A DNA stretch of 27,202 bases, taken from positions 62,001 to 89,202 of the forward strand of contig CAYMEV010000015.1 of assembly GCA_964389675.1 (NCBI GenBank). Direction: 5' to 3'. Shown piece by piece: positions 8,411 through 16,829 of the stretch (within the stretch, counting starts at the first letter, position 1; the number at the start of each line of letters is the position of its first letter). The notes beneath the pieces were generated by a model that saw only the letters and a list, made by a program, of their open reading frames with translations, searched no databases and was not told the DNA's origin. The stretch is from an uncultured Candidatus Sumerlaeota bacterium. GTDB lineage: Bacteria; CAYMEV01. Both the position numbers and the translations under genes were made by a program.

Positions 8411-9178
8411 TCATATCATAGTACCGTCAGGAAGCATTTCATCAGGATGATAGATGCCTTTCTCCTCCATCTTGTATCTCATACAGCTTGGCCAGTCCCC
8501 TTGGCAGTAAAGCTCAATCCATTTCCGTTCCAGTATGCCCTCTTGAAAATATCTTTTCATGGGGCATACCGGATACCATTTGCAATCCTCCTGAAAAACG
8601 GAAACTTTACTGAATTCTTTTTTCATTTTTTGCATAATGGACGGATTATAAAGCACAGATGAGGGGTGAGGCAAGGGGTATACCTTATACCCTCCTGAAT
8701 AATAAAGCTTTCCAGTAATATCCGGTGATAATTTATAATCGTTTATATAAATGCTGAAGATGTATCTTGTTGCGTAATAACCAAGGGGAATCAATACTTT
8801 CGGACTGACAGCCTCGATCTCCCTTTCAAGAAAATAACTGCAGGCTTTGATTTCCCCCTGCTTAGGCCTGCGATTCTTTGGAAGCCTGCATTTTATCATA
8901 TTTGTCATATATACACCGGCTCTTTCCAAACCACTCTGCCTGAATAATTCATCAATAACATTGCCTGATGGCCCGACAAACATCCTGTTTTCCCTGTCTT
9001 CCACAGCTCCTGGGGCCTGTGCTATAAAAAACAGCCTGGCCTTCAGGCTGCCTTCGCCGCATACTGCGTGTATCCTTTTTTGACTTAAACTGCATCGGCG
9101 GCATTCCGTTATCTCTTTTTTAAGGATCTCTATCCTGTTTATCCGTTCGTTCATCTCAGCAGAACTGAACATCTTCAA
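8411..9178 (-). CDS. Family-4-like uracil-DNA glycosylase with an extra C-terminal Cys-rich domain
   Basis: Four Fe-S cysteines (C26, C29, C97, C113), FVGPSG, TNMIKC and the HPS motif. Motif A reads AQAPG. C-terminal Cx5C-x19-Cx6C...HPDEMLPDG extension. The start could be 9178, 9172 or 9154. Confidence 0.85.
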   Translation of the reverse strand: MKMFSSAEMNERINRIEILKKEITECRRCSLSQKRIHAVCGEGSLKARLFFIAQAPGAVEDRENRMFVGPSGNVIDELFRQSGLERAGVYMTNMIKCRLPKNRRPKQGEIKACSYFLEREIEAVSPKVLIPLGYYATRYIFSIYINDYKLSPDITGKLYYSGGYKVYPLPHPSSVLYNPSIMQKMKKEFSKVSVFQEDCKWYPVCPMKRYFQEGILERKWIELYCQGDWPSCMRYKMEEKGIYHPDEMLPDGTMI

Positions 9179-9228
9179 TTATCATCTGTTATTCCGTTAA
9201 TATTATATTAGATATCAGGAAAATCCTG

Positions 9229-9462
9229 TCAGTGCCTTATATACACTTTGCCCTGTATCAGCTTGTTTGCAGGACGCCCATAGATCATCGTGTTTCGCGC
9301 AAACTTCTCACCGCATACAGGGCATATAAGATCACCGGCTGTATTGTCTTCAAGAATATTATCCAAAAAGCACTTAACAAGGTGCCCTTCCCTGGCTTTA
9401 TAATATTTGTAAAGAAGAGTACTGCATTTTGAACAGAATATTTTTTTTATCTTGCCGCTCAT
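9229..9462 (-). CDS. Small basic zinc-ribbon protein of unknown function
   Basis: 77 aa with CSKC and CPVC pairs, Lys/Arg-rich (LYKYYKAREGHLVKC). AGGA RBS 6 nt upstream; fits between co-oriented genes. Confidence 0.75.
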   Translation of the reverse strand: MSGKIKKIFCSKCSTLLYKYYKAREGHLVKCFLDNILEDNTAGDLICPVCGEKFARNTMIYGRPANKLIQGKVYIRH

Positions 9463-9468
9463 CTTAAT

Positions 9469-9485
9469 TCCTGATTAAATCAGGA
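9469..9485. repeat. Perfect 8-1-8 inverted repeat covering the RBS of the Zn-ribbon gene
   Basis: TCCTGATT-A-AATCAGGA within a 28-bp intergenic gap. Confidence 0.6.
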
Positions 9486-9490
9486 TCATG

Positions 9491-10474
9491 CTAGTATCTG
9501 TAATGAATCCAGAACTTGCTGTCAGTTGTAAGCAAATATGAGATTATCAGCATCCTTTCTCCGTCAGAGAGGTCCGTATCAATGAACTCCAGCCCATAAC
9601 ACCTCTTATTCTCTATAATGGCCTCTGAAATGGGTATTTTTATCCTGGATATTTTCGCAACTGCTCTCGATCCCCTGTTAAAGATATATGAATTCCCCTT
9701 GCCGGACACAATAATGTTTTTTTTGTCATAGCCTATCCTGCCCTTATAGAGAAAATGCATTATGCTTTTCTTTATACTTCCCAGATATACGGACTGCAGG
9801 TATGTATTACGCCTGTCATACACATTATAGCAGAAAAATTTCAGGATCCCCGGATCAACCTTTATCTCAATACACGGTCTGTCCTGATTATCATCAACAA
9901 GGATTCTTGCAGTCATGATCTTGCGGTATTTTTTCCTCGATGAGTAGTCCTGGTTGGGTACTATTGAGAGGAACAGGAATGAGTTTACATAATTGGGGTC
10001 TGTTTTCACCCTTGCAATAACAGCATCTCTATCAGCATCCTTGATTATTCCTGAATAATAAAGCCTCTGCTGGGATGAATTGATCAGCAAAAGCCTGTTT
10101 TTATGAAACCATTCCTCTTTTAATGGATTGAGGCACTCATTCTCTGATCTGTCTTCATCCTCAATACCCTCCCTGTGAATTCTGTCCAGGAGCAGGAGTG
10201 GAAACCATCCGGAATCACTCCTGACAGATATGAATATATCCTTATTAAAGAGATCTGGCGGAATATCCCTGAATTTAAATGTGCCGATTTTATTATTGCC
10301 TTTCCTTAAAAGGAAATTTCTGTCCGGGTTTTCAAACTCCTTTATTATCCCTTCTGCTTTGGAGATGAACCACTCAAGTTCATCCCTTTCAATGGAGCCG
10401 GACCCATCCAGGTCAAAATACTCTCTTAGATACGGGTTTTTGAGAATATATTCTTTTATGTCATCTAAATTCAT
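9491..10474 (-). CDS. EF-hand + GYF-like + scramblase/LURP-one (tubby-like) domain protein
   Basis: Canonical EF-hand loop DLDGSGSIERDE (residues 21-32), GYF-like segment FLLRKGNNKIGTF...SGWFPL, and a beta-rich C-terminal part ending AVAKISR...YGLEF...DGERMLIISYLLTTD, as in scramblase/LURP-one barrels. Confidence 0.55.
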   Translation of the reverse strand: MNLDDIKEYILKNPYLREYFDLDGSGSIERDELEWFISKAEGIIKEFENPDRNFLLRKGNNKIGTFKFRDIPPDLFNKDIFISVRSDSGWFPLLLLDRIHREGIEDEDRSENECLNPLKEEWFHKNRLLLINSSQQRLYYSGIIKDADRDAVIARVKTDPNYVNSFLFLSIVPNQDYSSRKKYRKIMTARILVDDNQDRPCIEIKVDPGILKFFCYNVYDRRNTYLQSVYLGSIKKSIMHFLYKGRIGYDKKNIIVSGKGNSYIFNRGSRAVAKISRIKIPISEAIIENKRCYGLEFIDTDLSDGERMLIISYLLTTDSKFWIHYRY

Positions 10475-11364
10475 AAAATGATTGCATTGCCTTCCCTTGC
10501 AAACTGCAGGGAAAAACTGCTGTTGAGATTATCATGAATATAGGTCTTAAGCTGAGTTTCGACATTCATCAGGTAATCATCGGTATAATTCGGGTCATAG
10601 TGAATAAAGACAAGGTTCTTTACTCTGGCCTTATATGCAATTTCAATTGCCTTGTAATAACTGCAGTGTCCCCACCCGGCCTTTCTGCTATAATCCTCCT
10701 CATTGAACTGCGCTTCCATAATGAGATAATCAGCACCCTCAATAAAACTAATGAGTTTTCTGGTCATTATTTCCTTGATCTTTATTATCTGAGTATCTTC
10801 ATTATGGAAAAAATTCTCATAAGGCTCATGGTCTCCTGTGAAACATATCTTGCCTGATTTAAACTGCAGTGAATATCCGAGAGTAATTACAGGGTGATTC
10901 ACAAATTTAGCCTGCACGGAAAAATCCAGAAAATTCAGCAGGTCGCTTTCCTTGACATCAAAATATTTTATGTCAGCAAGCAATTCGCTCTGCCTTACCG
11001 GAAAGAACAGGCTGTTCATCTGAATTCCAAGAAGCTCTTTTATGCTCTTGTCATTGGTCTTTGGGCCGTAAATCTCTATCTTATATCTTGGGTCATACAT
11101 TGGTAAAAAAAAGGGTATGCCCTGAATATGGTCCCAATGAGGGTGAGTAATGAAAAGTTTAATATTCTTTTCATTATAATGGTTAATAATCTCATTTCCA
11201 AGTGCTTTAATGCCAGTTCCACCATCAAGGACAATGAGGCTGGAAGGGCTTCTTACCTCAATACAGACAGTGTTTCCACCGTAAAGAACGGTATTTACTC
11301 CCGGTGTGGGAATAGATCCTCTTGTACCCCAGAACCTGATAATTACTGCATCGCTTTTATTCAA
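10471..11364 (-). CDS. MBL-fold metallo-hydrolase (ElaC/cyclic nucleotide phosphodiesterase-like)
   Basis: RFWGTRGSIPTPG, YGGNTVC, LDGGTG, THPHWDHIQG, VNHP, TGDHE, GWGHC and FIHYDP. TTG start; stop overlaps the next gene (ATGA). Confidence 0.9.
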   Translation of the reverse strand: MNKSDAVIIRFWGTRGSIPTPGVNTVLYGGNTVCIEVRSPSSLIVLDGGTGIKALGNEIINHYNEKNIKLFITHPHWDHIQGIPFFLPMYDPRYKIEIYGPKTNDKSIKELLGIQMNSLFFPVRQSELLADIKYFDVKESDLLNFLDFSVQAKFVNHPVITLGYSLQFKSGKICFTGDHEPYENFFHNEDTQIIKIKEIMTRKLISFIEGADYLIMEAQFNEEDYSRKAGWGHCSYYKAIEIAYKARVKNLVFIHYDPNYTDDYLMNVETQLKTYIHDNLNSSFSLQFAREGNAIIL

Positions 11365-11432
11365 TGGCTTCCTCGAAATAGATCCTTAGCAGAATAATAA
11401 CAGCTATTGGTGAACAAATAAAGGAAAAAATA

Positions 11433-11460
11433 TTGATATTTTACAAAAAATTTACATAAT
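11433..11460 (+). promoter_or_regulatory. Putative galU promoter
   Basis: TTGATA (11433-11438), 16 bp, CATAAT (11455-11460). Confidence 0.4.
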
Positions 11461-11510
11461 ACAGGTACATAATGTCATGTAAATAATAGTATCTTTCAAT
11501 GGAGGCAAAT

Positions 11511-12377
11511 ATGATTAGAAAGGCCATATTCCCGGCTGCCGGCCTGGGGACCCGCTTTTTGCCGGCTACAAAGGCCCAGCCCAAAGAGATGCTTTCTCTT
11601 GTCGATAAGCCAATAATTCAATACGGAATCGAAGAGGTAGCTCAAAGCGGAATCAAAAGCGTTCTGATAGTGACCGGAAGAGGAAAATCTGCAATTACAA
11701 ACCACTTTGACTCGTCATATGAATTGGAATCCATCCTCAAAAACAGAAACAAGAATCTGTATCTATCAAAGATAAAGCATATTTCCGACCTTGTTAATAT
11801 ATTCTACATAAGGCAGAAAACCCCTAAAGGGGTAGGAGATGCAATATTGACAGGACAGGATTTCATCGGTGAAGAACCATTTGCTGTAATTTTCAGCGAT
11901 GATATCATAGACAGCCAGAAACCTGCCTCAAAACAGCTGATGGAGGCCTACTGCAGGTATAAAAGCCCTATTATAGCAGTAACAGAGGTCCCCATGGATG
12001 AAACTGACAGATACGGCATAATAAAGGGCAAACAGATAACTGACAATATATACCAGGTTGAAGACCTTGTTGAAAAGCCAGCCATTGGTACAGCTCCGTC
12101 AAACATTGCGATCATCGGAAGATATATCCTGGAACCTTCGATCTTCCCGGTTCTTAAGCATACAAAAGCCTCGGTAGGAAATGAAGTACAGCTGACTGAT
12201 GCCCTGAAAATCATATTGTCAAAAGGGCCAATCTTCGCCCTTAAATTTGAAGGAAAGAGGTTTGATGCCGGGAATAAGCTTGGATTCCTTGAGGCTACAC
12301 TGCATTATGCATTAAAAAATCCCGAGTTTGGTGATGGATTCAGAAAATTAATAAAAAAATATGCTGATTCGATCTGA
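11511..12377 (+). CDS. galU: UTP--glucose-1-phosphate uridylyltransferase
   Basis: KAIFPAAGLGTRFLPATKAQPKEML, VEKP, IGRYIL, NEVQLTDAL and RFDAG. The start is placed at 11511 because GGAGG (11501-11505) precedes it. Confidence 0.96.
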   Translation: MIRKAIFPAAGLGTRFLPATKAQPKEMLSLVDKPIIQYGIEEVAQSGIKSVLIVTGRGKSAITNHFDSSYELESILKNRNKNLYLSKIKHISDLVNIFYIRQKTPKGVGDAILTGQDFIGEEPFAVIFSDDIIDSQKPASKQLMEAYCRYKSPIIAVTEVPMDETDRYGIIKGKQITDNIYQVEDLVEKPAIGTAPSNIAIIGRYILEPSIFPVLKHTKASVGNEVQLTDALKIILSKGPIFALKFEGKRFDAGNKLGFLEATLHYALKNPEFGDGFRKLIKKYADSI

Positions 12378-12381
12378 ATGC

Positions 12382-12966
12382 TCATAAGGCAAAGTCTTCT
12401 TCGCTAAAGACAAGGGAACCAAACCTGTGTATCTCAAGGCCTTCCTTCTTCCACTCATCCTTCGGCAGGCCGGCTTTCATACATGTATGGGACAGGAACT
12501 GGTACCTGTCCCAGCCATATTCCGTCGCAACCTGAGGCAAAAGGAGTCCCTGCCTGTAGCCCTTCTTGACAATGAGCCCATCCCTCCCCACCTTGATGCT
12601 TTCAATATCGTTCAATGGTTCGATTGGCGTAAGCACACTAATTTCAATGGTTATATCCCTTAATTCATCTGCCTGCACAGAATGGAACCTGAAGTCTGAA
12701 AATGCAGCATGTACGGCATTCTCAATAACTGCGAGGTATAGTGGTTTTATAGGGTCGATATAGCCAATACAGCCCCGCAGATCTCCTTTTTTTCTGAGTG
12801 TTACAAATACACCCCGTTTTGCTTTCAGATTTTCAGTAATGTCATACTTTTCCACAGCCTGGGCCTTTATTTTGTCCAGATTTCCTGACTTCAGATAGGT
12901 TTCAACAGTATATTTAGCCAGGTCCAGAAGTGTTTTCTTCTCTTCTTTTTCAATCAAATTCATCAT
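12382..12966 (-). CDS. amrA: AMMECR1-domain protein (AmmeMemoRadiSam system protein A)
   Basis: RGVFVTL, LRGCIG, AAFSDFRF, IEISVLT, GRDGL, GLLLPQVATE and CMKAGL. Confidence 0.93.
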   Translation of the reverse strand: MMNLIEKEEKKTLLDLAKYTVETYLKSGNLDKIKAQAVEKYDITENLKAKRGVFVTLRKKGDLRGCIGYIDPIKPLYLAVIENAVHAAFSDFRFHSVQADELRDITIEISVLTPIEPLNDIESIKVGRDGLIVKKGYRQGLLLPQVATEYGWDRYQFLSHTCMKAGLPKDEWKKEGLEIHRFGSLVFSEEDFAL

Positions 12967-12992
12967 ATTTCTATCACCTCAAGTAATTATTT

Positions 12993-13907
12993 CTAACCGA
13001 TATATATGGGCTTTGGAATAAAGCACAGGATAAAGATGACAATATTGACACCTATTAAAAGCTTTTCCCTGGCTGTAAGAGGCTTATCTTCATCATAGAC
13101 CCTGGGATGTTTTAATCCTATTATTATCAGCATTATAGCCCATATAAACCAGCCGGGCCACAGTATGCCCAGAGGGATTATCAAAAAGAATGCTATCTTT
13201 GAGAATTTGTTATAATGCCTGCCAAGCAGTGAATAGACCAGGTGCCCTCCATCCAGTTGCCCTATGGGGATAAGATTGAGGGCGGTTGCAAAAAACCCAA
13301 ACCAGCCCGCAAAAGCAAGAGGGTGAAGATATATGCTGCTTTCGGGCGGCAGGGAATTTCCAAAGACAAGCCTGGATAATAGCTTGAATAATATTGATTC
13401 ACCAAAAATCAAGCTTTGGCCTGCCGGTTCCGCGATAACAATCCTTGATAATTTCAAACCGATAACTGTAATTGGGATTGACAGCAGAAAACTGGCGATT
13501 GGGCCTGCAGCACCTATTTCAACCAGAGGCTTCCTGTAATTGATAGGTGATTTGATCTTTATGACAGCCCCGAAAGTGCCAACCAGGAAAATGAAGGGTG
13601 GGGCCGGGATAAAATACGGTAATGTAGCGTTTATCCCGTATTTTCTGCAGTGATAGTAATGCCCCATCTCATGGAATCCAAGGATAAGAAGGATAGAGAC
13701 TGAATACCCTATTCCTGAAATAAGAACATCCGGGTTTGCATTAAAATACCCGAAAAACCCATTGCTTATAATAGCTTCCGGGTCAACCACTGCCAGCTGA
13801 ATTCCTGCCAGAATTGTTGTAATAACTGTAAGAATAAAAAGGAGTACATGAATACCTGAAGAACTCATGATGCCCCTGCGATTCTTTTCTTCTAAAACAT
13901 CATTCAT
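12993..13907 (-). CDS. Site-2 protease family (M50) intramembrane metalloprotease
   Basis: HEMGH zinc motif, PYFIP, GTFGAVI, IGAAGP, NLIPIGQLDGGH and multiple TM helices. Alternative start at 13868. Confidence 0.93.
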   Translation of the reverse strand: MNDVLEEKNRRGIMSSSGIHVLLFILTVITTILAGIQLAVVDPEAIISNGFFGYFNANPDVLISGIGYSVSILLILGFHEMGHYYHCRKYGINATLPYFIPAPPFIFLVGTFGAVIKIKSPINYRKPLVEIGAAGPIASFLLSIPITVIGLKLSRIVIAEPAGQSLIFGESILFKLLSRLVFGNSLPPESSIYLHPLAFAGWFGFFATALNLIPIGQLDGGHLVYSLLGRHYNKFSKIAFFLIIPLGILWPGWFIWAIMLIIIGLKHPRVYDEDKPLTAREKLLIGVNIVIFILCFIPKPIYIG

Positions 13908-13988
13908 TTAGGGTTATTCTAATCTTGATATTGCAAATAACAAGAAAAATGCAACATGTAATGATATATTCTTGTAATTATTATTAAA

Positions 13989-14017
13989 TTGACTTTTGAG
14001 AAGTGATTCATTATAAG
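13989..14017 (+). promoter_or_regulatory. Putative clpX promoter
   Basis: TTGACT (13989-13994), 17 bp, TATAAG (14012-14017). Confidence 0.45.
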
Positions 14018-14058
14018 TATTAATTCAAATTTCTTATTGACAAGAGGGGCTGTTTGAA

Positions 14059-15303
14059 ATGGTGATAAAGAAAAGATCCTCAGAACCAGCGGTATGTTCT
14101 TTCTGTGAAAAGAACCAGTATCAGGTTAAAAGGCTTATTGCGGGGCCTGATGCCTTTATATGCGATGAATGCATCAAAATATGCTATGAGATAATAAATG
14201 AGACGGTGCATAAGGACAGCAGGGAAAAAACAAACCTGTTGAAACCAAAAGATATAAAGAGGCTGCTCGATAAATTTATTATTTCACAGGAAATTACTAA
14301 AAAGGTTCTTTCCGTTGCAGTATATAACCATTACAAGAGGATAGAATACTACCAGCGGCATAAATCCAAGGACGACCTGGACCTCGATAAAAGCAATATA
14401 CTGCTCTTAGGCCCTACAGGATGCGGCAAGACGCTTTTAGCAAAAACACTTGCCAAAATACTCGATGTCCCATTTGCCATAGCTGATGCCACGACACTCA
14501 CAGAAGCCGGCTATGTAGGAGAGGATGTTGAGAACATACTTCTGAGGCTTCTCCAGAATGCTGACTTTGATGTTGAAAAAGCCCAGCGGGGCATTATATA
14601 TATTGATGAAATTGATAAGATATCAAGGAAAAGTGAAAATCCGTCAATAACAAGGGATGTAAGCGGAGAAGGTGTTCAGCAGGCTTTATTGAAAATAATT
14701 GAAGGGACAACTGCAAATGTACCTCCTCAAGGAGGCAGGAAGCATCCTCATCAGGACTTTATCCAGCTGGACACATCAAATATTCTTTTTATTTCAGGCG
14801 GAGCTTTTGTAGGCCTGGAAAAGATTATTGAAGAAAGAATCAACAAAAAGAATCTCGGTTTCGGGGCAATGATTCAATCCAAACAGGAAAAGAACATCAG
14901 TGCAGTGCTTGCCCAGGTACAGCCGGATGACCTGATCAAATACGGGCTGATTCCTGAACTTGTGGGAAGGCTGCCCATTGTTACAGCAATACACGAGCTT
15001 GATGAAAAAGACCTGAAGAGAATCCTGACAGAACCGTCCAACAGTATAATAAAGCAGTATCAGAAAATATTTGACATGGAAGGTATTAATCTTAAGTTCA
15101 CTCAGGATGCAATCAAGCTCATCGCAAAACAGACAATGGAGCTGAAAACCGGAGCGAGGGGTTTAAGAAAGATTATAGAGGATATAATGCTGGAAATCCA
15201 GTATGACCTGCCTGATCTTCAAAATGTTCAGGAATGCATAATTACAGATGAAGTAATCCTCAAGAATGAAAACCCTGTTATACTCTATAAAAAAGCAGTC
15301 TGA
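14059..15303 (+). CDS. clpX: ATP-dependent Clp protease ATP-binding subunit ClpX
   Basis: C4 zinc domain CSFC...CDEC, Walker [17 protein letters not shown] pore loop, [19 protein letters not shown] loop, LGF loop and GARGLR. Confidence 0.98.
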   Translation: MVIKKRSSEPAVCSFCEKNQYQVKRLIAGPDAFICDECIKICYEIINETVHKDSREKTNLLKPKDIKRLLDKFIISQEITKKVLSVAVYNHYKRIEYYQRHKSKDDLDLDKSNILLLGPTGCGKTLLAKTLAKILDVPFAIADATTLTEAGYVGEDVENILLRLLQNADFDVEKAQRGIIYIDEIDKISRKSENPSITRDVSGEGVQQALLKIIEGTTANVPPQGGRKHPHQDFIQLDTSNILFISGGAFVGLEKIIEERINKKNLGFGAMIQSKQEKNISAVLAQVQPDDLIKYGLIPELVGRLPIVTAIHELDEKDLKRILTEPSNSIIKQYQKIFDMEGINLKFTQDAIKLIAKQTMELKTGARGLRKIIEDIMLEIQYDLPDLQNVQECIITDEVILKNENPVILYKKAV

Positions 15304-15334
15304 TAACAGCTATTAGCTGGCCTCTTTTCGTTGA

Positions 15335-15505
15335 TCAGCCTTTTCGGGTAACCAGAAGGTAAAAAATGAGCCCGAAAACAGGAATAAACCAGATTATTAT
15401 TATCCAGATAATCTTGATCAGACAGCCGTCATCAAAGCGTTTTATCACATCAAGTGTCGCCCATATATTCAGGATAAAAAGGATTATACTGCTCAATCTA
15501 AACAA
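15335..15505 (-). CDS. Small membrane protein, PLDc_N (cardiolipin synthase N-terminal-like) domain, 56 aa; not in the ORF track
   Basis: TTG start with GGAG 6 nt upstream. MFRLSSIILFILNIWATLDVIKRFDDGCLIKIIWIIIIWFIPVFGLIFYLLVTRKG* fits the PLDc_N pattern (D...K..W..ii...P..G...Y.l). Lies 12 bp downstream of pyrC. Confidence 0.8.
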   Translation of the reverse strand: MFRLSSIILFILNIWATLDVIKRFDDGCLIKIIWIIIIWFIPVFGLIFYLLVTRKG

Positions 15506-15517
15506 AGCTCACTCCGT

Positions 15518-16816
15518 TCAATATACTATCTGATCACTGAAGTAACAGATCTTGCCGTTCACAACCGTCATCAGTACCCTGCCCTTAAGTTTCCTTCCGA
15601 GAAAAACGCTGTTTCGAGATTTTGAAAAGAAGAAATCACTGTTTATAGTGCTTTCAGCTTCTGTGTCTATTAGCGTAAACCTGGCGAGAGAACCTTCCTT
15701 AATAGCGGGCGGTTCAATATTAATTATCCTGCATGGATTGTAGCACATTTTATCAACTATCTCTCTCAGGCTTAATATACCCTTGTGATATATCTCAGTG
15801 AGAACAACAAGTATCATAGTCTCAAGCCCTATTGTGCCATTAGGTACATCAGAGCTTATATTCAGCTCTTTTTCGGCAGTAGTATGCGGCGCATGATCAG
15901 AAGCTATAACATCAATGATACCCTTTTTCAGGCCTTCCTTTAGTTTATTTACATCATTTAAAGGCCTTAAAGGAGGGTTTATCTTTGCGTTTGTATTCAG
16001 GCTCAGCAATTCTTCTTCGGTCAGAGCAAGATGATGAGGGGTTATTTCAGCTGTTATCTTTGCCCCTCTTAATTTCGCGCCGTTAATAATTTCCATTGAT
16101 CTTTCTGTTGACACATGGGCAACATGAAGGGGAACCCCTAAATATTCAGCCAGAGCTGTATCACGATATACGATTATGTCTTCTGCGACTGAAGGTATCC
16201 CCTTCAGATTGGTCTTGAGGCTGACCCTTCCTTCATTTATTACTCCATCCTGTGAAAGATTCATATCCTCGCAGTGGGATATGATAGGCTTATTAAATAT
16301 CTTGCTGTAATCCATGGCCTTTCTCATCACATTGGAGTCCATGACGCTTTTTCCGTCATCTGAAAAGGCTACAACCCCGGCTTTTGAAAGATCATACATC
16401 TCTGATATCTCTTTTCCCATACTGCCCTTTGTTACAGCTCCGATAGGGTATATATTGCACAGAGCTTCCCTGGCTTTATCGTATATATATCTTGTAATAG
16501 TGGAATTATCATTAACAGGTGTCGTATTAGGCATACATGCCAGGTCTGTTATACCTCCCTTGACAGCAGCCATTGACCCTGTAAGAACTGTTTCCTTGTC
16601 TTCCCTGCCTGGTTCACGAAGATGCACATGTATATCGCATAATCCTGGCATAAGGTATTTGCCATCCATATCATAGATATCAATATCATTCTCAATGCTG
16701 ATGTCTTTGTCTATTTTCGCTATAATTCCGTTTTCTACTAAAATATCACATACTGCTTCAATTTCTTTTGAGACTATACTGCATTTTTTTATGAGGAATC
16801 TATCTTTGCTATTCAT
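15518..16816 (-). CDS. pyrC: Dihydroorotase (type I)
   Basis: DIHVHLREPG, MPNT, FSDDG, HCED, HVAHVS, EITPHHL, KINPPLR and ASDHAPH. Confidence 0.97.
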   Translation of the reverse strand: MNSKDRFLIKKCSIVSKEIEAVCDILVENGIIAKIDKDISIENDIDIYDMDGKYLMPGLCDIHVHLREPGREDKETVLTGSMAAVKGGITDLACMPNTTPVNDNSTITRYIYDKAREALCNIYPIGAVTKGSMGKEISEMYDLSKAGVVAFSDDGKSVMDSNVMRKAMDYSKIFNKPIISHCEDMNLSQDGVINEGRVSLKTNLKGIPSVAEDIIVYRDTALAEYLGVPLHVAHVSTERSMEIINGAKLRGAKITAEITPHHLALTEEELLSLNTNAKINPPLRPLNDVNKLKEGLKKGIIDVIASDHAPHTTAEKELNISSDVPNGTIGLETMILVVLTEIYHKGILSLREIVDKMCYNPCRIINIEPPAIKEGSLARFTLIDTEAESTINSDFFFSKSRNSVFLGRKLKGRVLMTVVNGKICYFSDQIVY

Positions 16817-16829
16817 ACTAAATCTCCTG

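Noticed and set aside
8411-9178. UdgX (covalent uracil-binding UDG)
   Set aside because: It lacks GEQPG and the KRRIH loop, and retains the KC cysteine of ordinary family 4.
8411-11364. Minus-strand MBL/EF-hand/Zn-ribbon/UDG cluster as an anti-phage defence system or mobile island
   Set aside because: There is no recognisable defence effector, integrase, flanking repeat or obvious compositional break, and the UDG may have its own promoter near 9205-9232.
11451-11483. TACATAAT direct repeat and TTTACAT/ATGTAAA inverted repeat upstream of galU
   Set aside because: They are short, AT-rich and overlap the predicted -10; there is not enough evidence for an operator.
11397-15314. 12-mer ATAACAGCTATT occurring in two intergenic regions (about 11397 and 15303)
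   Set aside because: Repeated 12-mers are expected by chance in 27 kb of AT-rich DNA, and the flanks do not match.
15307-15327. CAGCT-ATT-AGCTG hairpin after clpX as a terminator
   Set aside because: The stem is only 5 bp and the T-run is not adjacent, so it is too weak to call.
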